A DNA stretch of 63,469 bases, the filler included, from Phoronis australis (lineage: Eukaryota; Animalia; Phoronida), in NCBI GenBank assembly GCA_002633005.1. It is 9 parts of 9 records of this genome, joined end to end, with 100 filler letters (N's around TTAATTAATTAA, not from the genome) between each part and the next. Parts side by side here need not be neighbours in the genome. Positions count along the whole stretch, not along the records: positions 10,747 to 13,623 come from NMRA01003351.1; positions 13,724 to 43,958 come from NMRA01000776.1; 7 more parts are not named here. One strand, given 5' to 3'. Positions within the stretch are counted from its first letter, which is position 1. Each line of letters opens with the position of its first letter. The notes below the pieces were generated by a model that made no database searches, was not told the origin of the DNA, and saw nothing but the letters and a program-made list of their open reading frames with translations. The translations under genes and the position numbers were made by a program. Shown here one piece after another: positions 11,508 to 22,943 of the stretch.

Positions 11508-11799
11508 GCTGTCTGTCCAGGTAGTCTAACTTTTCTGTTGGACTTCAAGGAAACGTCTTTAGTAATTATAGACGTCTTTAAATAAACCCGTCCATTCACA
11601 AATCAGTCCAACCAATGAGCAGTTACTTGTGAAAAGATTGGCACCAGGTAACGCCCCAATTATCAAGAATAGTCAGTACACTCTGGTGTCAACATTTTTT
11701 ATGATTTTCGTCAAAACCAAGATTAAAATCATTCGCATATTCTTCTTCTTCCACGAAATTCACATTATTACCTACTATAACTACAAACGTCTAATCTTT

Positions 11800-12411
11800 G
11801 CAATCATAATTATCACTTCGCAGCGTGTATGCTGTTCCCCATGTATGGCTGGGCGCAGGTGGTTACTGACCAGTGCTTATAGCTTTCGATGCGACGATCG
11901 ACTGAAGACTGGCAAGAGTAAACTATTTTATTAGTCTCGTACGACTCAGTCACAACATCCGACGTAATGTCTGTTTTGTGCTCCAGACAGTGCAGCGGAG
12001 CCTTGACTTGTGATGAACATCTGAGACACTTCCAGCATCTCAACTGTAACTGTCTTGTAATTCTCTTTCATTTCAACTGATTTTCAACTAATCGTCATTA
12101 ACCCGTGCTTGGGTATCTAGTCTCATGCAATGTTCTAGAACTTTTCACTAATTCAAACATATTGTAGAACTTTCCAGAATATACCCAATCATTCTACAAA
12201 TATATACTAGGGTCTAGAATGTTCCATATTTCATTAATCACTTTCATGCTAGAATCTTCAAGAATGCTCCACAATATTCTTTGGTAAACAAATTACATCA
12301 TTGCTGCTTTTACCTTAGGGGTCATGCCAATCAAATGCTATATGCTAGAACACAAACAGGACAATAGAACGAAATAATTATACTTAGAACAGCGTCAGTC
12401 CACTCCTGACA
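11800..12411 (-). mobile_element. LTR-like repeat, copy 1 (probable solo LTR)
   Basis: Minus strand starts TGTCAGGAG; repeated TTCTAGAA/TTCCAGAA motifs; homologous to 16440-17681 and 44059-44533; far boundary and TSD not resolved. Confidence 0.55.
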
Positions 12412-12427
12412 TATGCAAAAAGACAAA

Positions 12428-12587
12428 TATAGATTGTTACATGGCGAAGTCGTTATCCCCCGTATTCTAGAGCCCGAGTGGATTTTGGAGAATTATCGCC
12501 CGAGGAGAGTTAGGGTGATAATTCTTCAAAATCCACGAGGGCTCTAGATAAGGGAGATAATGACTGAGAACATTGTAATAATCTATA
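12428..12587. mobile_element. Fold-back (palindromic) MITE
   Basis: TATAGATTGTTACA...TCTAGAGCCC...GTGGATTTTG...AATTATC pairs with GATAATT...CAAAATCCAC...GGGCTCTAGA...TGTAATAATCTATA. Confidence 0.7.
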
Positions 12588-12929
12588 CCATATACTGTAC
12601 GAGAAACATTGCAATGAATCGATCCACCTTTCTCGACTCGCCTCGGCTTTGTAACTACTTTCTATGTCAGACTGAGAGAGGCCTGGGGTCGGAGGTCGGG
12701 ACCTTTTAAGAAAAGCCGACTTATATTTTTGTCAAATAATGCTTTTACTCAAAAAATATGTTTAAATATTTAAACAAATTAGAAATAAAGTGAATCTATA
12801 AATTAACGTTTAGCAAATATTATAGCATACTACACATTTTATCACGCTAAGCTTCGACCGTGAAAATATAGTCTGCCAAAGTAGGTTACCACTGATACAA
12901 TCAAAGCGTTATGGCCAGTGTTTCCACAG

Positions 12930-13623
12930 TTTTTTTTTCACTGTGATATATATTTATTGAAGGATACACAGAACATACAAAGAAATAATAACAAACCCAG
13001 AAACCGCGAAGCATTATATCTGGGTTGTAAACAATTCATAAATGAAACTTATATACATAGAGGTNCAATACTTAGACATGCTATTACAGATATATAAAAA
13101 CAAAAATATTTACAGATTCAAGTAGGGAAATCAGATGCAACGGTACATAAAAATTTGCTAACGTTGCTTAGGAGGAATTTGTTGAGAACAAAGTCAAGGT
13201 TAGGACTACCATTCAGTAATAATGTAACTCTAGTAGGGATATTATTACAAGAATTGAGAGCGTTAACAATTGATTGGTTATCATTGAGTGCACGAAAGAG
13301 TGAGTCTCTCAGTTATTCGATGAGGGGACATTTGAAGAAAATATGAGGATAAGATTGATGGTCACCACATTTACAGTTTGGAGAGACATTACTAAAGTTG
13401 TGCCTGAACTTGTCAGAGTTGAGGAAAAGGCCACATCTTGATCTGTACAATGCTATTTCGTTATCGCGGGTAAGGGAGAATTGAGTCAAGGGTGTTGAGT
13501 TATCAAAATTATGAAAAACAGTTCTAAAATTATTTTTTATACTTGTTAAAGAGTTGCTTTCCTTAACAGAGACTGGAAGAGAATTCCAGTTGTTGATGCA
13601 CATCATGACTGTAGACCTTCTGA
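12930..13623 (-). mobile_element. 3' end of a CR1/L2-group LINE (ORF2 C-terminus, 3' UTR, short poly-A)
   Basis: ORF 13606-13313 has WNSLP...RCG..LN...SPNCKCG....HIFFKCP, the typical post-RT CxC...H...C tail; AATAAA and an A-tract on the minus strand near 12957-12930. Confidence 0.75.
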
Positions 13624-13723
13624 NNNNNNNNNNNNNNNNNNNNNNNNNNNNNNNNNNNNNNNNNNNNTTAATTAATTAANNNNNNNNNNNNNNNNNNNNN
13701 NNNNNNNNNNNNNNNNNNNNNNN
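13624..13723. other. Artificial contig spacer
   Basis: N-run, TTAATTAATTAA, N-run. Confidence 0.97.
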
Positions 13724-13929
13724 CGGAGATGTACCTTAGGCGTGTCACGTAATTACGAAATAGTACTGAACTTTGGTTGAAAGTAAACCAGAGTATGTAG
13801 GGAGAGGTTACAAATATCGTGTGACTGTACCCTACTACAGTTTGTATTGTTTGTTTACGCGATTGTGAAGAGGTCCGGTTGTCTATTATCATCAATATAG
13901 ATATGCATATCCTTATACCTACTTAACTG

Positions 13930-14062
13930 CCTGCCTACGAACCTACCTACCTACCTACCTACCTACATGCACCTACCTGCATACATACAAACATTCAAAA
14001 ACTTGCAGACACAGACACACACGCGCTCGTATGCATGCACACGTGCAGACGCACAAACACAC
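13930..14062. repeat. (CTAC)n and CA-rich microsatellite
   Basis: ACCT/CTAC tetramer run followed by a degenerate CA/GCAC tract. Confidence 0.8.
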
Positions 14063-14068
14063 CTTCCC

Positions 14069-14315
14069 CATGCGCGCACCCACCGGGGGGGGGGGCTCGG
14101 GAGGGGGGGGGGGCTCATTTGGCGAAGTGGGCAAAAAGGTCCGCTCCTGAGAGACAAAAAGTCCGGGAAAATGGGACAAAAGTCCACTAAATAGGCCCAA
14201 ACACGCACTTCACAAGGGTATCCCGTTTTTTTAGGCCGCCCGCTGTTTTGTTAGAAAAAGGTACACGACGTCAAGAATTCGAGCCCCCCCATATTGAAGG
14301 CTGGGTGCGCGCATG
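14069..14315. mobile_element. MITE with 14-bp TIR and 5-bp TSD (hAT5-like)
   Basis: Perfect TIRs CATGCGCGCACCCA / TGGGTGCGCGCATG; TSD TTCCC at 14064-14068 and 14316-14320; G-runs inside. Confidence 0.85.
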
Positions 14316-14401
14316 TTCCCGATCCTGAACTCAGCGAGTTGTCCAAGGTTTTCTTTGACAGTGTTTGATCCAATCTTCTCTCCTGCTGGCTTCATAACCA
14401 G

Positions 14402-14581
14402 AGATAACTGAACTTAACGTGCTCATCTCCAGGGAAAATTTCGACGATGTCATTGCAAAACAAAGCATACCAGCGCTGACACTGAAGATTATTGATAATG
14501 CTGATGATACCACAATTTACTCGACCACCAACACGGTAGCAGCTGGGACAAAGGTGAAATTGCGTGTAACTTTTGATGACG
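14402..14581 (+). CDS. ZP-domain protein, exon 1 of 5 seen (linker and start of ZP-C)
   Basis: Acceptor ccag|, donor G|gtaagt, phase 1-1, 180 bp; ITELNVLISRENFDDVIAKQSIPALTLKIIDNADDTTIYSTTNTVAAGTKVKLRVTFDD. Confidence 0.72.
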
Positions 14582-15354
14582 GTAAGTGTTTTAAAAAAGT
14601 GTAAACACCCCGATTTCTGCGCATGAGGTGAATTTTTGATAAATACCTCGCACGACCATTGTTGTATGTTTTGTGATGGAAGGTGGGTGTATAGCCTCTT
14701 TAAGTGATCTGGTTTAGTGTTCCTGATAATGTGAGCATCAGCTATTTTTGTGAACATTAATGAAAAAAACTCGAAGCGATATATGCAATTTATGTCCTAG
14801 AGATTATGTTAACATAACTAGATTTTCAATTTTATGCGCCTGCATACAGGTGCATCTTGCCGCCATTTCTGTCTGTTCGACTCTGCGTCCGTCCGTTCGT
14901 CCGTGCAGCGTGCGCATTTCTTTAAGAAGCAGTTTTATCAGGAATTGAACGGAACTAACCGTTTCCGACTAATTTATTTTTGTGTGTCTTTCCTTGATGA
15001 AACACTTACCAATTTTTCACAGATGTAAGCGTACAACGCTCAACACTTTGGTTTCAAAAGAAAACTTAATCAAAAAGCACGCTATGGTGATTAAGGTTCC
15101 TAATATTTCATATCTTCTTTGTTAAAAACGTTTTAACTACATGTATCTGCTTTATGTCAATCCAACATTCATGTTACTCTGTACACTATAAGTATTTCTA
15201 ATTCAACAAAATTATAGTAACGCGAAAGAGTTACTGTGTAGCCCTTTTTATCTAGTAAAAATCACAGGTGGCCTTTTCTTCTTATCTCGCGTTTGGCAGA
15301 ATTCGGCTCTTTAAATATGTCGATGGATGCATGGTCTGCATAAGACTGAGAAGG

Positions 15355-15470
15355 ACGCCATTGTGAAATTTGTTTTCAAATTTCGAATAAGCGCCATTGT
15401 TGAGTTTTCGCCATACGCCAATGTTGAATTTCACCATACGCCAATGTTGAATGTTCACCATGCGGCAATA
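15355..15470. repeat. Short ~23-bp tandem repeat
   Basis: ACGCCAATGTTGAATTTCACCAT-like unit repeated 3-4 times. Confidence 0.7.
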
Positions 15471-16439
15471 ATTGCTTCTCAGGGGTAGATGCTTCTGTTT
15501 CAAAAACACGAACAAAGATATTACTAGAATTAATTACGTCACGGGACATTATATACGACTGAAAAAAAAACGCCCGACTTACTGTGAACATTGAAACAGT
15601 GAATCACCATTCGGTACACTGTGGACGAAGAGAACCTATAGCTACCTAGAAAAGTGTCTATGGGCAACGGCAAGAGGGCAACAAAAACATTTCTGAATGA
15701 AAAATACCATTCTTAAAAAGAAATTATTAAATGTTTTTTGCTATGTTAAATAAAATACTTAGCAATTTTCTACATTGTGGTAACCACATTTAACTAAATC
15801 CAGCAAGCTATAGAACACATGATAGGTCAATGTGACTATTCCAAGAGGATTAAACCAGCCTTCTTTAAAAGGATACGAAACTCGGATTTGGCCTATTAAC
15901 AGATACTAAGACCGACTTTAACATCGACTTCTATGAAACAAAATAATGTTGTGTAAACCTTGACAAGCCTTAAAATTTTGGAGACAAGTATGAAAACTCC
16001 TTTCAAAGTCTGCTAAATGGGCAAGCGTGACCTACGCTTTTAATGAATTACATGTACACGGCAACTTTGGAAAAGACCATCCGCCAAGTATCGTAATATT
16101 CAATTTGTGAGATAGAGAGTATGAATTTTTAGTTGAGTCCTGCCTTTATAGTTCAATATTGTCGCCAATGATGCATTACCAGATGACAGAACGAGGATTG
16201 GTTGAAATCATCAAAACAGGGTTTAGTATCCTTTTAAGTTTCGAAGTGTTCTTAAACGAACAAACTTCAAAAGTTAACAGAAATGTAACAATTTGTACAA
16301 TGAATTAAAATGTCATATACATATATAATAATGATGACACTGACACGTTTTCATTAAAGTAAAAAATCAAAAGTGTGATACAAAGTATATCAATCACCAA
16401 GTCAATGTGATAACGACCATTTTTTGACTGAACAGTAGA

Positions 16440-17681
16440 ATGTTTGATCCAAACTGCTAGGCTTTCCTCCCTGGATGGGTGGGCGCAGGTTGTCACTGAA
16501 CGGTGCTAATAGCTGGCGGTGCGACGATATACTGAAGAGTGGTTCACTTTATTTATGCAGACCGTATGTTCACAAGTTTACTCAAACAAAACGTTCGACG
16601 TAATGTCTGTTCTATGCTCCAGCCAGTGCTGCGAAGCCTTGACGTGTAATGAACTTCTGAGACACTTACATGTACATGTACAGTAACTGTTACACTAGTT
16701 GGTTCAGTAACCTGCTGTCTCTATTTTCTGTAACTTGCACTTTAACTCAAATCAACTTCAATCAAAGTTTTCCTCAAATCGAACTCGACTTCTCAACTCA
16801 ATGGTAACCCTAACTGACTCACAGTGAGCAGTGCCATGTTATCTATAGTCTTATACTGTTACGCACGCGCACTGTGGGATGAGCTTTCCGGGATACAGCC
16901 GTGTCGTTATCAGTTTGACAGCGAGAGCAAGGGGAGAAAGTTGGCAAACCAATGTCTATATACTCCAACTCTCTCACTGTGTGCATTCATTTGAAAAGCC
17001 CACGTAATCCAGCGATTATATTGTAAACAGCGCGCATGACGCTAACCGATATTTAAAAATACTATTTTCAAACGATGTTGAACAAACATCGTGAAGAAGA
17101 TTTGTTTTGTACGAAATAGTATTTCCAAAAAATTGAACAGAGAAAAACAGTTGACTTTCGGACAAAATTGGACTTACGCTTTCACCTGATTACTCCTTTT
17201 TGTGACTGCAAGCTCTGACCCGCTTACTAAAAAGCTTTGTTTACCAACACAATAGTCTTACCGAACATGATGCTAGATCAGATCCTGATGTTGGAAATTT
17301 CTTGGTTTTAACAATCCAGGGGAATGGTACGTAACGCACTGTACTGGCACTTTTCACCAGTAAACACTTTCTAGAACTTCACGGTTTTCTAAAAACCTCA
17401 GAATGTTCCAGACTACGGTTCTATTTTTCTAATTACTGATGTGATGGAACATTCTTCTAGCGCGTCCTCCAATTTTCTCGTGTAAGCAAATTACGTCATC
17501 ACTAGTCTGACCCTGTGGAACATTCTCCTGGAGTGTTTTCTAGTATTCTATTGTAAACAAATTGCATCATAAGTTGCCTGACCCCATGGGACACGTCAAT
17601 CAAGTGCTATCTGCTAGTAAACAAATAGGACAACAAAATAAAACACATAGAATCAAAACTAGGGCCAGCCTACTCCTGACA
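16440..17681 (-). mobile_element. LTR-like repeat, copy 2, with a ~480-bp internal insertion (~16852-17333)
   Basis: Shares GGGCGCAGGT..., GACGTAATGTCTGTT..., CAAATTAC(A/G)TCAT and the CTCCTGACA end with copy 1. Confidence 0.55.
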
Positions 17682-18289
17682 CAGACTACTTTAAGTCACA
17701 AAACTTACTGTATTGAAACAACAGAAAGTAGCACAGTCATACTTAAGTTTGATAAATGGATGGTGATTCTTGCACTGTTTAAAATTTGTAACTGATAATA
17801 TCAATAACAGTGCTAGAACGCTGACGATTTCCGACTTTTCGTCATTCGGTACATTAATGAATTTCTGAACTTGTGGTTGGCTTGAGAATCAGGATACAGT
17901 GCCACCTCTAGCTAAATACATTTAAATTACGAAAGCGTAACGGTCTGCTGTTAACAGTACCGTGCAACGTAAAAATCCGAAGACTTTTCGAATATCAAGT
18001 GCAAGAAACTGTATGCATCTAGATAAGAAAAATGAAGTTATACCCCTGGTATGGCCACAGGGTGAAATGACTTTTAATAAATTGCCGAATAGAATACATC
18101 TTCATATTCTTGACATGTTTCGGGGTGCACTCCTCATTCTCAAAGGTACAAGCACCATCACTGATGTAAAGGTATATACGTCTCAATTAAGTAAAAGACC
18201 ATGCAGGTGTGAGACATGATAGATCAATATGGCACAAAGGGTAAACAAGCCTAAAATAACCTCAAAGCAATATGAGACGAAGGTGGCAC

Positions 18290-18626
18290 ACTTGCACATT
18301 CAGGGATGGTTATAATTACCAATGATTATACAGTACAAGGCCTTTTTAAGTTTTAGTCCATATGTAATCAGTCCTTCAATTACCAATAAGCTAAAATTAT
18401 TTGACATTGAGTATTCTGAAATTCATTCTAGATGATCATGCAGATGTTTGTAGGTGTCAGAACTTCTGTTAGCCACATGCTCAGATAAACATGTACATAT
18501 ATTCACATGTCGACGCGTCTTCACCAACGATAGCATGCCCCACAGCCTGCACAGCAGAATTCATACACGACATGAGAGCGTGTGAACAAATGTAAACTGT
18601 CTTTAGGCGAAAACAGACAAGTGATC
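18290..18626 (-). pseudogene. Penelope-like element, GIY-YIG endonuclease remnant
   Basis: Minus strand reads ITCLFSPKDSLHLFTRSHVVYEFCCAGCGACY..., then YKHL...LKLKKALY...PSLNVQV; frameshifted. Confidence 0.8.
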
Positions 18627-18918
18627 TTAAAGACAGCGTCCAGCTGCTAAAACACCTTTTTGACACCAGAAATGCATATATTGTTCATAAAAAATATTGT
18701 TTTTGCTTCTTACATACCACGGAAAGTAATTAATTGCGACGCAAATTACACCGTTCATAATTCGTAGCCCCTTCAAGCGCCACAGAAAAAAATCTCAACC
18801 AATCAGCGTAAAGTGGTTCATATGACATCATCGTGGCCACCAATTTACTGGGGAGCCACACTGCGTAACAGCTGAGTGCCATTTCTTGGACGTTCTGTAC
18901 TTGTCGATCTCTGTTAAA

Positions 18919-19071
18919 ATGCCTCTTTGCGCGGTGTGCGGGTGTAGCAATGTCAGCGGCAATGGGATACATTTGCGCAACTTCCCCACCGATCACGTCG
19001 TGTGCCGTGCCTGGAATAGATCCGTATCCACGACAAGGCCTGGCGACAAACTTTCCCGATCGGCAAGATCT
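18919..19071 (+). pseudogene. THAP zinc-finger fragment
   Basis: MPLCAVCGCSNVSGNGIHLRNFPTDHVVCRAWNRSVSTTR matches the THAP CxxxxC...FP...W signature; the final CxxHF is cut off by a MITE. Confidence 0.78.
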
Positions 19072-19224
19072 GGCATGCGTTCAGTAGATGCTAGGACCTA
19101 CGCTAGGACCTAGCTAAAACCTAGCCAAAGTCATGTGCTCTCATTTAAAATGCACGGCGATATCTCACGTAATCTCGCGAAGTCTTGCTTTTTAGCGAGG
19201 TCCTAGCGTTACTGAACGGGAGTC
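19072..19224. mobile_element. Palindromic MITE interrupting the THAP fragment
   Basis: CGTTCAGTAGATGCTAGGACCTACGCTA pairs imperfectly with TAGCGAGGTCCTAGCGTTACTGAACG. Confidence 0.7.
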
Positions 19225-21515
19225 TGATTTAGGCTTGGTGCAAAGCTGTATACGAAATCTACAGCTTCGCGTCGATGTGGGTAATAAGGACTAAATAAAA
19301 TCTAACGCAGAAATAGTGTCATTAAAAGCTGCACCGCTCTTTAAGTAAACCAAATTATTTACCGGTGTTGGAAGAATTATCGTTCTAGGCCTACCGCTCA
19401 TCTACTGCTAAAATTAAAGTGCGCTCTTGGGAGTCGGCGTTTGGCGATTACGTCACCTGACCTGAACAGTTTCTTTCTCCCCCCGGTTTATTCTTCTATC
19501 AACTGTTCTTTGCTGCCACGAGGTTGCTACTGTCACAACGAATTGTCGGAACTGGTCTCATTTCGTTACAAGTTGTTAGCATTTTAAGACCAACAAACCG
19601 AATTTAGAACAAACTTTACTGCTGCAAAGCTGTTATCATGTCCCAAAAGTAGTCGCAAAATTTTAGTGCGGCGCATGCGCGTTTCACGAGCGTTCTGTTT
19701 CAAAAAGACAACAGACTTTCTTTGTTAGAAAACTCAAAAGGCCGAGAGTAATGATAGAAAATGACGTTTATTAGATTGTTCTTTCCTTAAACGACTGGCA
19801 CTGAACGGGCAAGGTGAGTGTCCGAATTGTCTCCCAGATTTTGCATGCACCCCGGTCGTCGGTCGTTGGCTCTGCGATATAAGTTTTACGACGAGTTGAC
19901 TAACACAACTCATACCGGGTCTGTAGGTAGGCTTATGGAATTTCGTGATAGACTACAGTCTATGGTCTATGGTTTAACAGAGCTCAAGTCACAGTGTTAC
20001 CTAGCTGTATTTTGGCGATAGCCTTCAAACAGCTAGCTGGTTGGCTACAAAAAACCTGCAGTGTGCACTTCGACGTTTCGTGTCACTGTTCCGGACCAGA
20101 GTATAGGGAATGCGGCCAAATCCGGAATATTCTGTCTGATTTGGGTCGTTCCCGTAGGCCTAACGGAATTCTGATACTGAATTTAAAACGTTCAATTAAT
20201 TAAAAATTATGACTGGGTATGTTTTCATGCAATACATACTTTATTTCGTAGTTTTAATTTATTACAGACACGCACATTGTTGTGTTAAATTTTCAATTTT
20301 TTGTAGCTTGACCGATTACGGGTTGCAGCATTTCAAGGCGACTTATTTTGAAAATTGAGTTTCTAATATAAAATTTTCAATGAATTTGAATATAGTTGCA
20401 TTGTACGAAAAGATCATGCTGATATGTGCTGTAAGCCTAATGTTTCTAAGTATTTTGCACCAAATTAAATGGCCTGTTGTCGCCTATACCCATACGGGAC
20501 ACACACTGGACAGCCGTCCGTATTGGATTCGCGCAGCGTTCACACCTTCGGCTTCAAAAAGACATGAATGGAAAGTTACTAACATCAAAGTTTTTGTATC
20601 AAACAAATTACACTTTATAATATACATTGGGAAATTGCTGATAACAATTCAGACGAAGCGTTTTGTTTTTCCGGCTGTTTCGACGGCACCAGTCACACTC
20701 CCGGGGATTCCCATACGGGCCCGTATTAGAATGTGTGCTAAATAATTGAATAAAATTCTAAAGGTAGTGATTTTGATTAATTTTAATATTAACTGACATG
20801 AAATGAAAAATTAATGTGTTTCCTTGATTTTCCACGTATTTTGCACTAAATTAAAAAACGAGTCATCTCTGATTCCAATACTCTGGAGACACGGTAAAAG
20901 CCAAATTCGTTGTAACGATGATGTCATAGACTTCGATTAGTGCAAGCGCCATCTCAAGTTTTTTTGGCGCTAAATGGGGTTCGTGATGGAGCTACTGTAT
21001 TGTCGAAGGCCTACTTAATTAACGACTGGGGTATGTTATAACACATTATTTTGATGTTTTTTATCAATAAATGTATTTTAGATGTAAAAATAGTAATTTT
21101 GGCACCATACTTGGCCTTTAAAGCTAGTGAAAGCCAAACGAATTGTAAGATCAACACAACTTAACAAATTTGTGGATACGCTTCTGCGCAATTGCAGAGA
21201 ACTGTCCTATGTACGGGAGACTGTAGTGTTTTATGGATAATTCACTCCTCCATTTTGTGTTGTGTCAAACCTGAAAGATAACCAGTATGTAGCTTATGAA
21301 TCAGAGTTGTTGGAAACTGAAGTTTCTGTACTATTACAGACAAGTCCTTGACACAATTCTAAAACTCATTCTGAGTGCCACAAATCTTGTATGCCCTGTC
21401 TATCAGTCCCAGTTTGTAGCTGTAGACTGTAAAGCTGATAAAATTGATCAACAAACCAGTGTAAGTCTTTTTTCTATAAACATTTGTTAACAAATTATCA
21501 CAATCTCTAGTAACC

Positions 21516-21657
21516 TGGACATTCAGAAATGAAATGGACAACTAGTATTCATGGACATTCAGAATGGAATGGACAACTGGTATTCATGGACATTCAGAAT
21601 TGAATGGACAACTAGTATTCATGGACATTCAGAATGGAATGGACAACTAGTATTCAT
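21516..21657. repeat. 35-bp tandem repeat x4 inside the dead RT
   Basis: Unit TGGACATTCAGAATGGAATGGACAACTAGTATTCA. Confidence 0.9.
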
Positions 21658-21760
21658 CGTTCATGGTGAAACTTATGTGATATGCCGCCTATTCACAAAT
21701 TCAAAAAAATGCTGCTCACAAGTCGTATTGGTGAAAATACAGAATGTCATCGACATACCT

Positions 21761-22136
21761 CAGTGGCGGATATAGGATATCATTAGGGGAGGCAACATTT
21801 TGTCTCGTGGAATTGCGCAAAGCACACGATTGCATGGGCGCACCCAGCCAAAAGTATGGAGGGGCTCGAATTTCTCAGGATCTGAACGACTAAAAAAAAT
21901 CAAGAAACCGCGCCGGAGATCTGACTCGGACACTGGCAATCGGGTCTGAGCCCCTTCCCCCCACACACACGCACATACAAACTATAACTACACACATTGT
22001 TAAATCGTGTTTCAGCCGCATGTTAATTACCGGGGTTGGTTATAAACTCAATATTTCCTCACGCTCTTGCTGTTTCATTTTTTTCGCCAGTCAAGAGGGG
22101 GGGGCGAACCCCCTGCCCCCCTTAAATCCGTCTATG
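21761..22136. mobile_element. MITE with 5-bp TSD inserted at the RT YVDD motif
   Basis: Termini CAGTGGCGGATATAGG / CTTAAATCCGTCTATG; TSD TACCT at 21756-21760 and 22137-22141; contains a nested CATGGGCGCACCCAGCC end at ~21833. Confidence 0.75.
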
Positions 22137-22855
22137 TACCTACGTTAAAACATACGACCTTCAAGTGAAAGTTCTTGATTCTGTTGAATTCGCAATCGTT
22201 CATGGTGACCCATAAATAATTTGTCTAATAATGGGGCTAGAGGAGAATCCATTGCTATACCATCCGTTTGATGGCGACCTTTAAAACGAAAATGAGATTC
22301 ATCGGTGGAACTTTCAGCAGTTGTCGGAGAACTTTTGCACCAAATTTAGAATTAGGGTTTTTCTCTGTGATATATTTCACATCCAATCATTTAGAGGTAA
22401 GCTACTAAACAAATTCGTAATTACTAAGGACCTTGTAAACCCATGAGATAATGTGTTACCAGCGTTCTGAATGTGCTTCACGAATGTGAATTGAATGAGT
22501 CAAACAATCCATAATCAACATCTTGCATAGGAACTTTGAGAGTGCATAATCATACTGTCTCAATAGAGGACACTAAAGCAAGATCACGTGGGAAGTCTTT
22601 TTCTGGATATCGCCAGTGTATACAAACGAGGCACGTGGTCATGTTTACTTCTGCTGTCTTGCGTTAGCGGAACGCGTCCCAGGAAGCAGAACGACAACAT
22701 TTTCGGTTTGTTTGATTACAGAAAAGCTATCACCTCGTCTTGCAATACACAGTTTTGATGCATGTACATAAATATAACTGTTGAGTTGTAATCGCAATTC
22801 ATATCATTTCAAAAAAGTATAGTCATGATGTCTATTAATTTATCCCATCTTGTAG

Positions 22856-22943
22856 CCGCAGGAACCTATGCTGGACTGGCAAAAATCGTTAATGCCTGGT
22901 ACAAATCAGGTGCAACAAAGAGCCTTCAGGTGATTAAGACAGG
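22856..22943 (+). CDS. ZP-domain protein, exon 2
   Basis: Acceptor ttgtag|, donor GG|gtaagt, phase 1-2; (A)AGTYAGLAKIVNAWYKSGATKSLQVIKTG, matching the ZP-C 'V.NCWA...LI..GC' segment. Confidence 0.75.

Larger units (their letters stand above)
18631..21117 (+). mobile_element. Kolobok-like DNA transposon derivative inserted in the Penelope element
   Basis: TTAA duplicated at 18627-18630 and 21118-21121; diverged ~65-bp TIRs starting AG; THAP fragment inside; removing it restores the Penelope frame FTSFK|ITCLFSPKD. Confidence 0.75.
21122..22520 (-). pseudogene. Penelope-like element, reverse transcriptase remnant
   Basis: Minus strand QTDGIAMDSPLAPLLDKLFMGHHE...RYVDDIL...SFLNV...VYRKKTYTGL...LIDRAYKIC...LPYIG; stops and frameshifts. 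Confidence 0.85.

Noticed and set aside
13963-14208. Overlapping ORFs with Pro/Gly and VCVC runs
   Set aside because: They are translations of a microsatellite and MITE G-runs.
14069-14315. RAG/Transib-type element because of the 5-bp TSD
   Set aside because: Termini are CATG/CAGT rather than a CAC(A)GTG heptamer, there is no nonamer, and no RAG-like coding sequence is in the window.
21516-21657. 35-bp repeats as a CRISPR array
   Set aside because: The units are head-to-tail with no unique spacers, lie within an RT remnant, and there are no cas genes.
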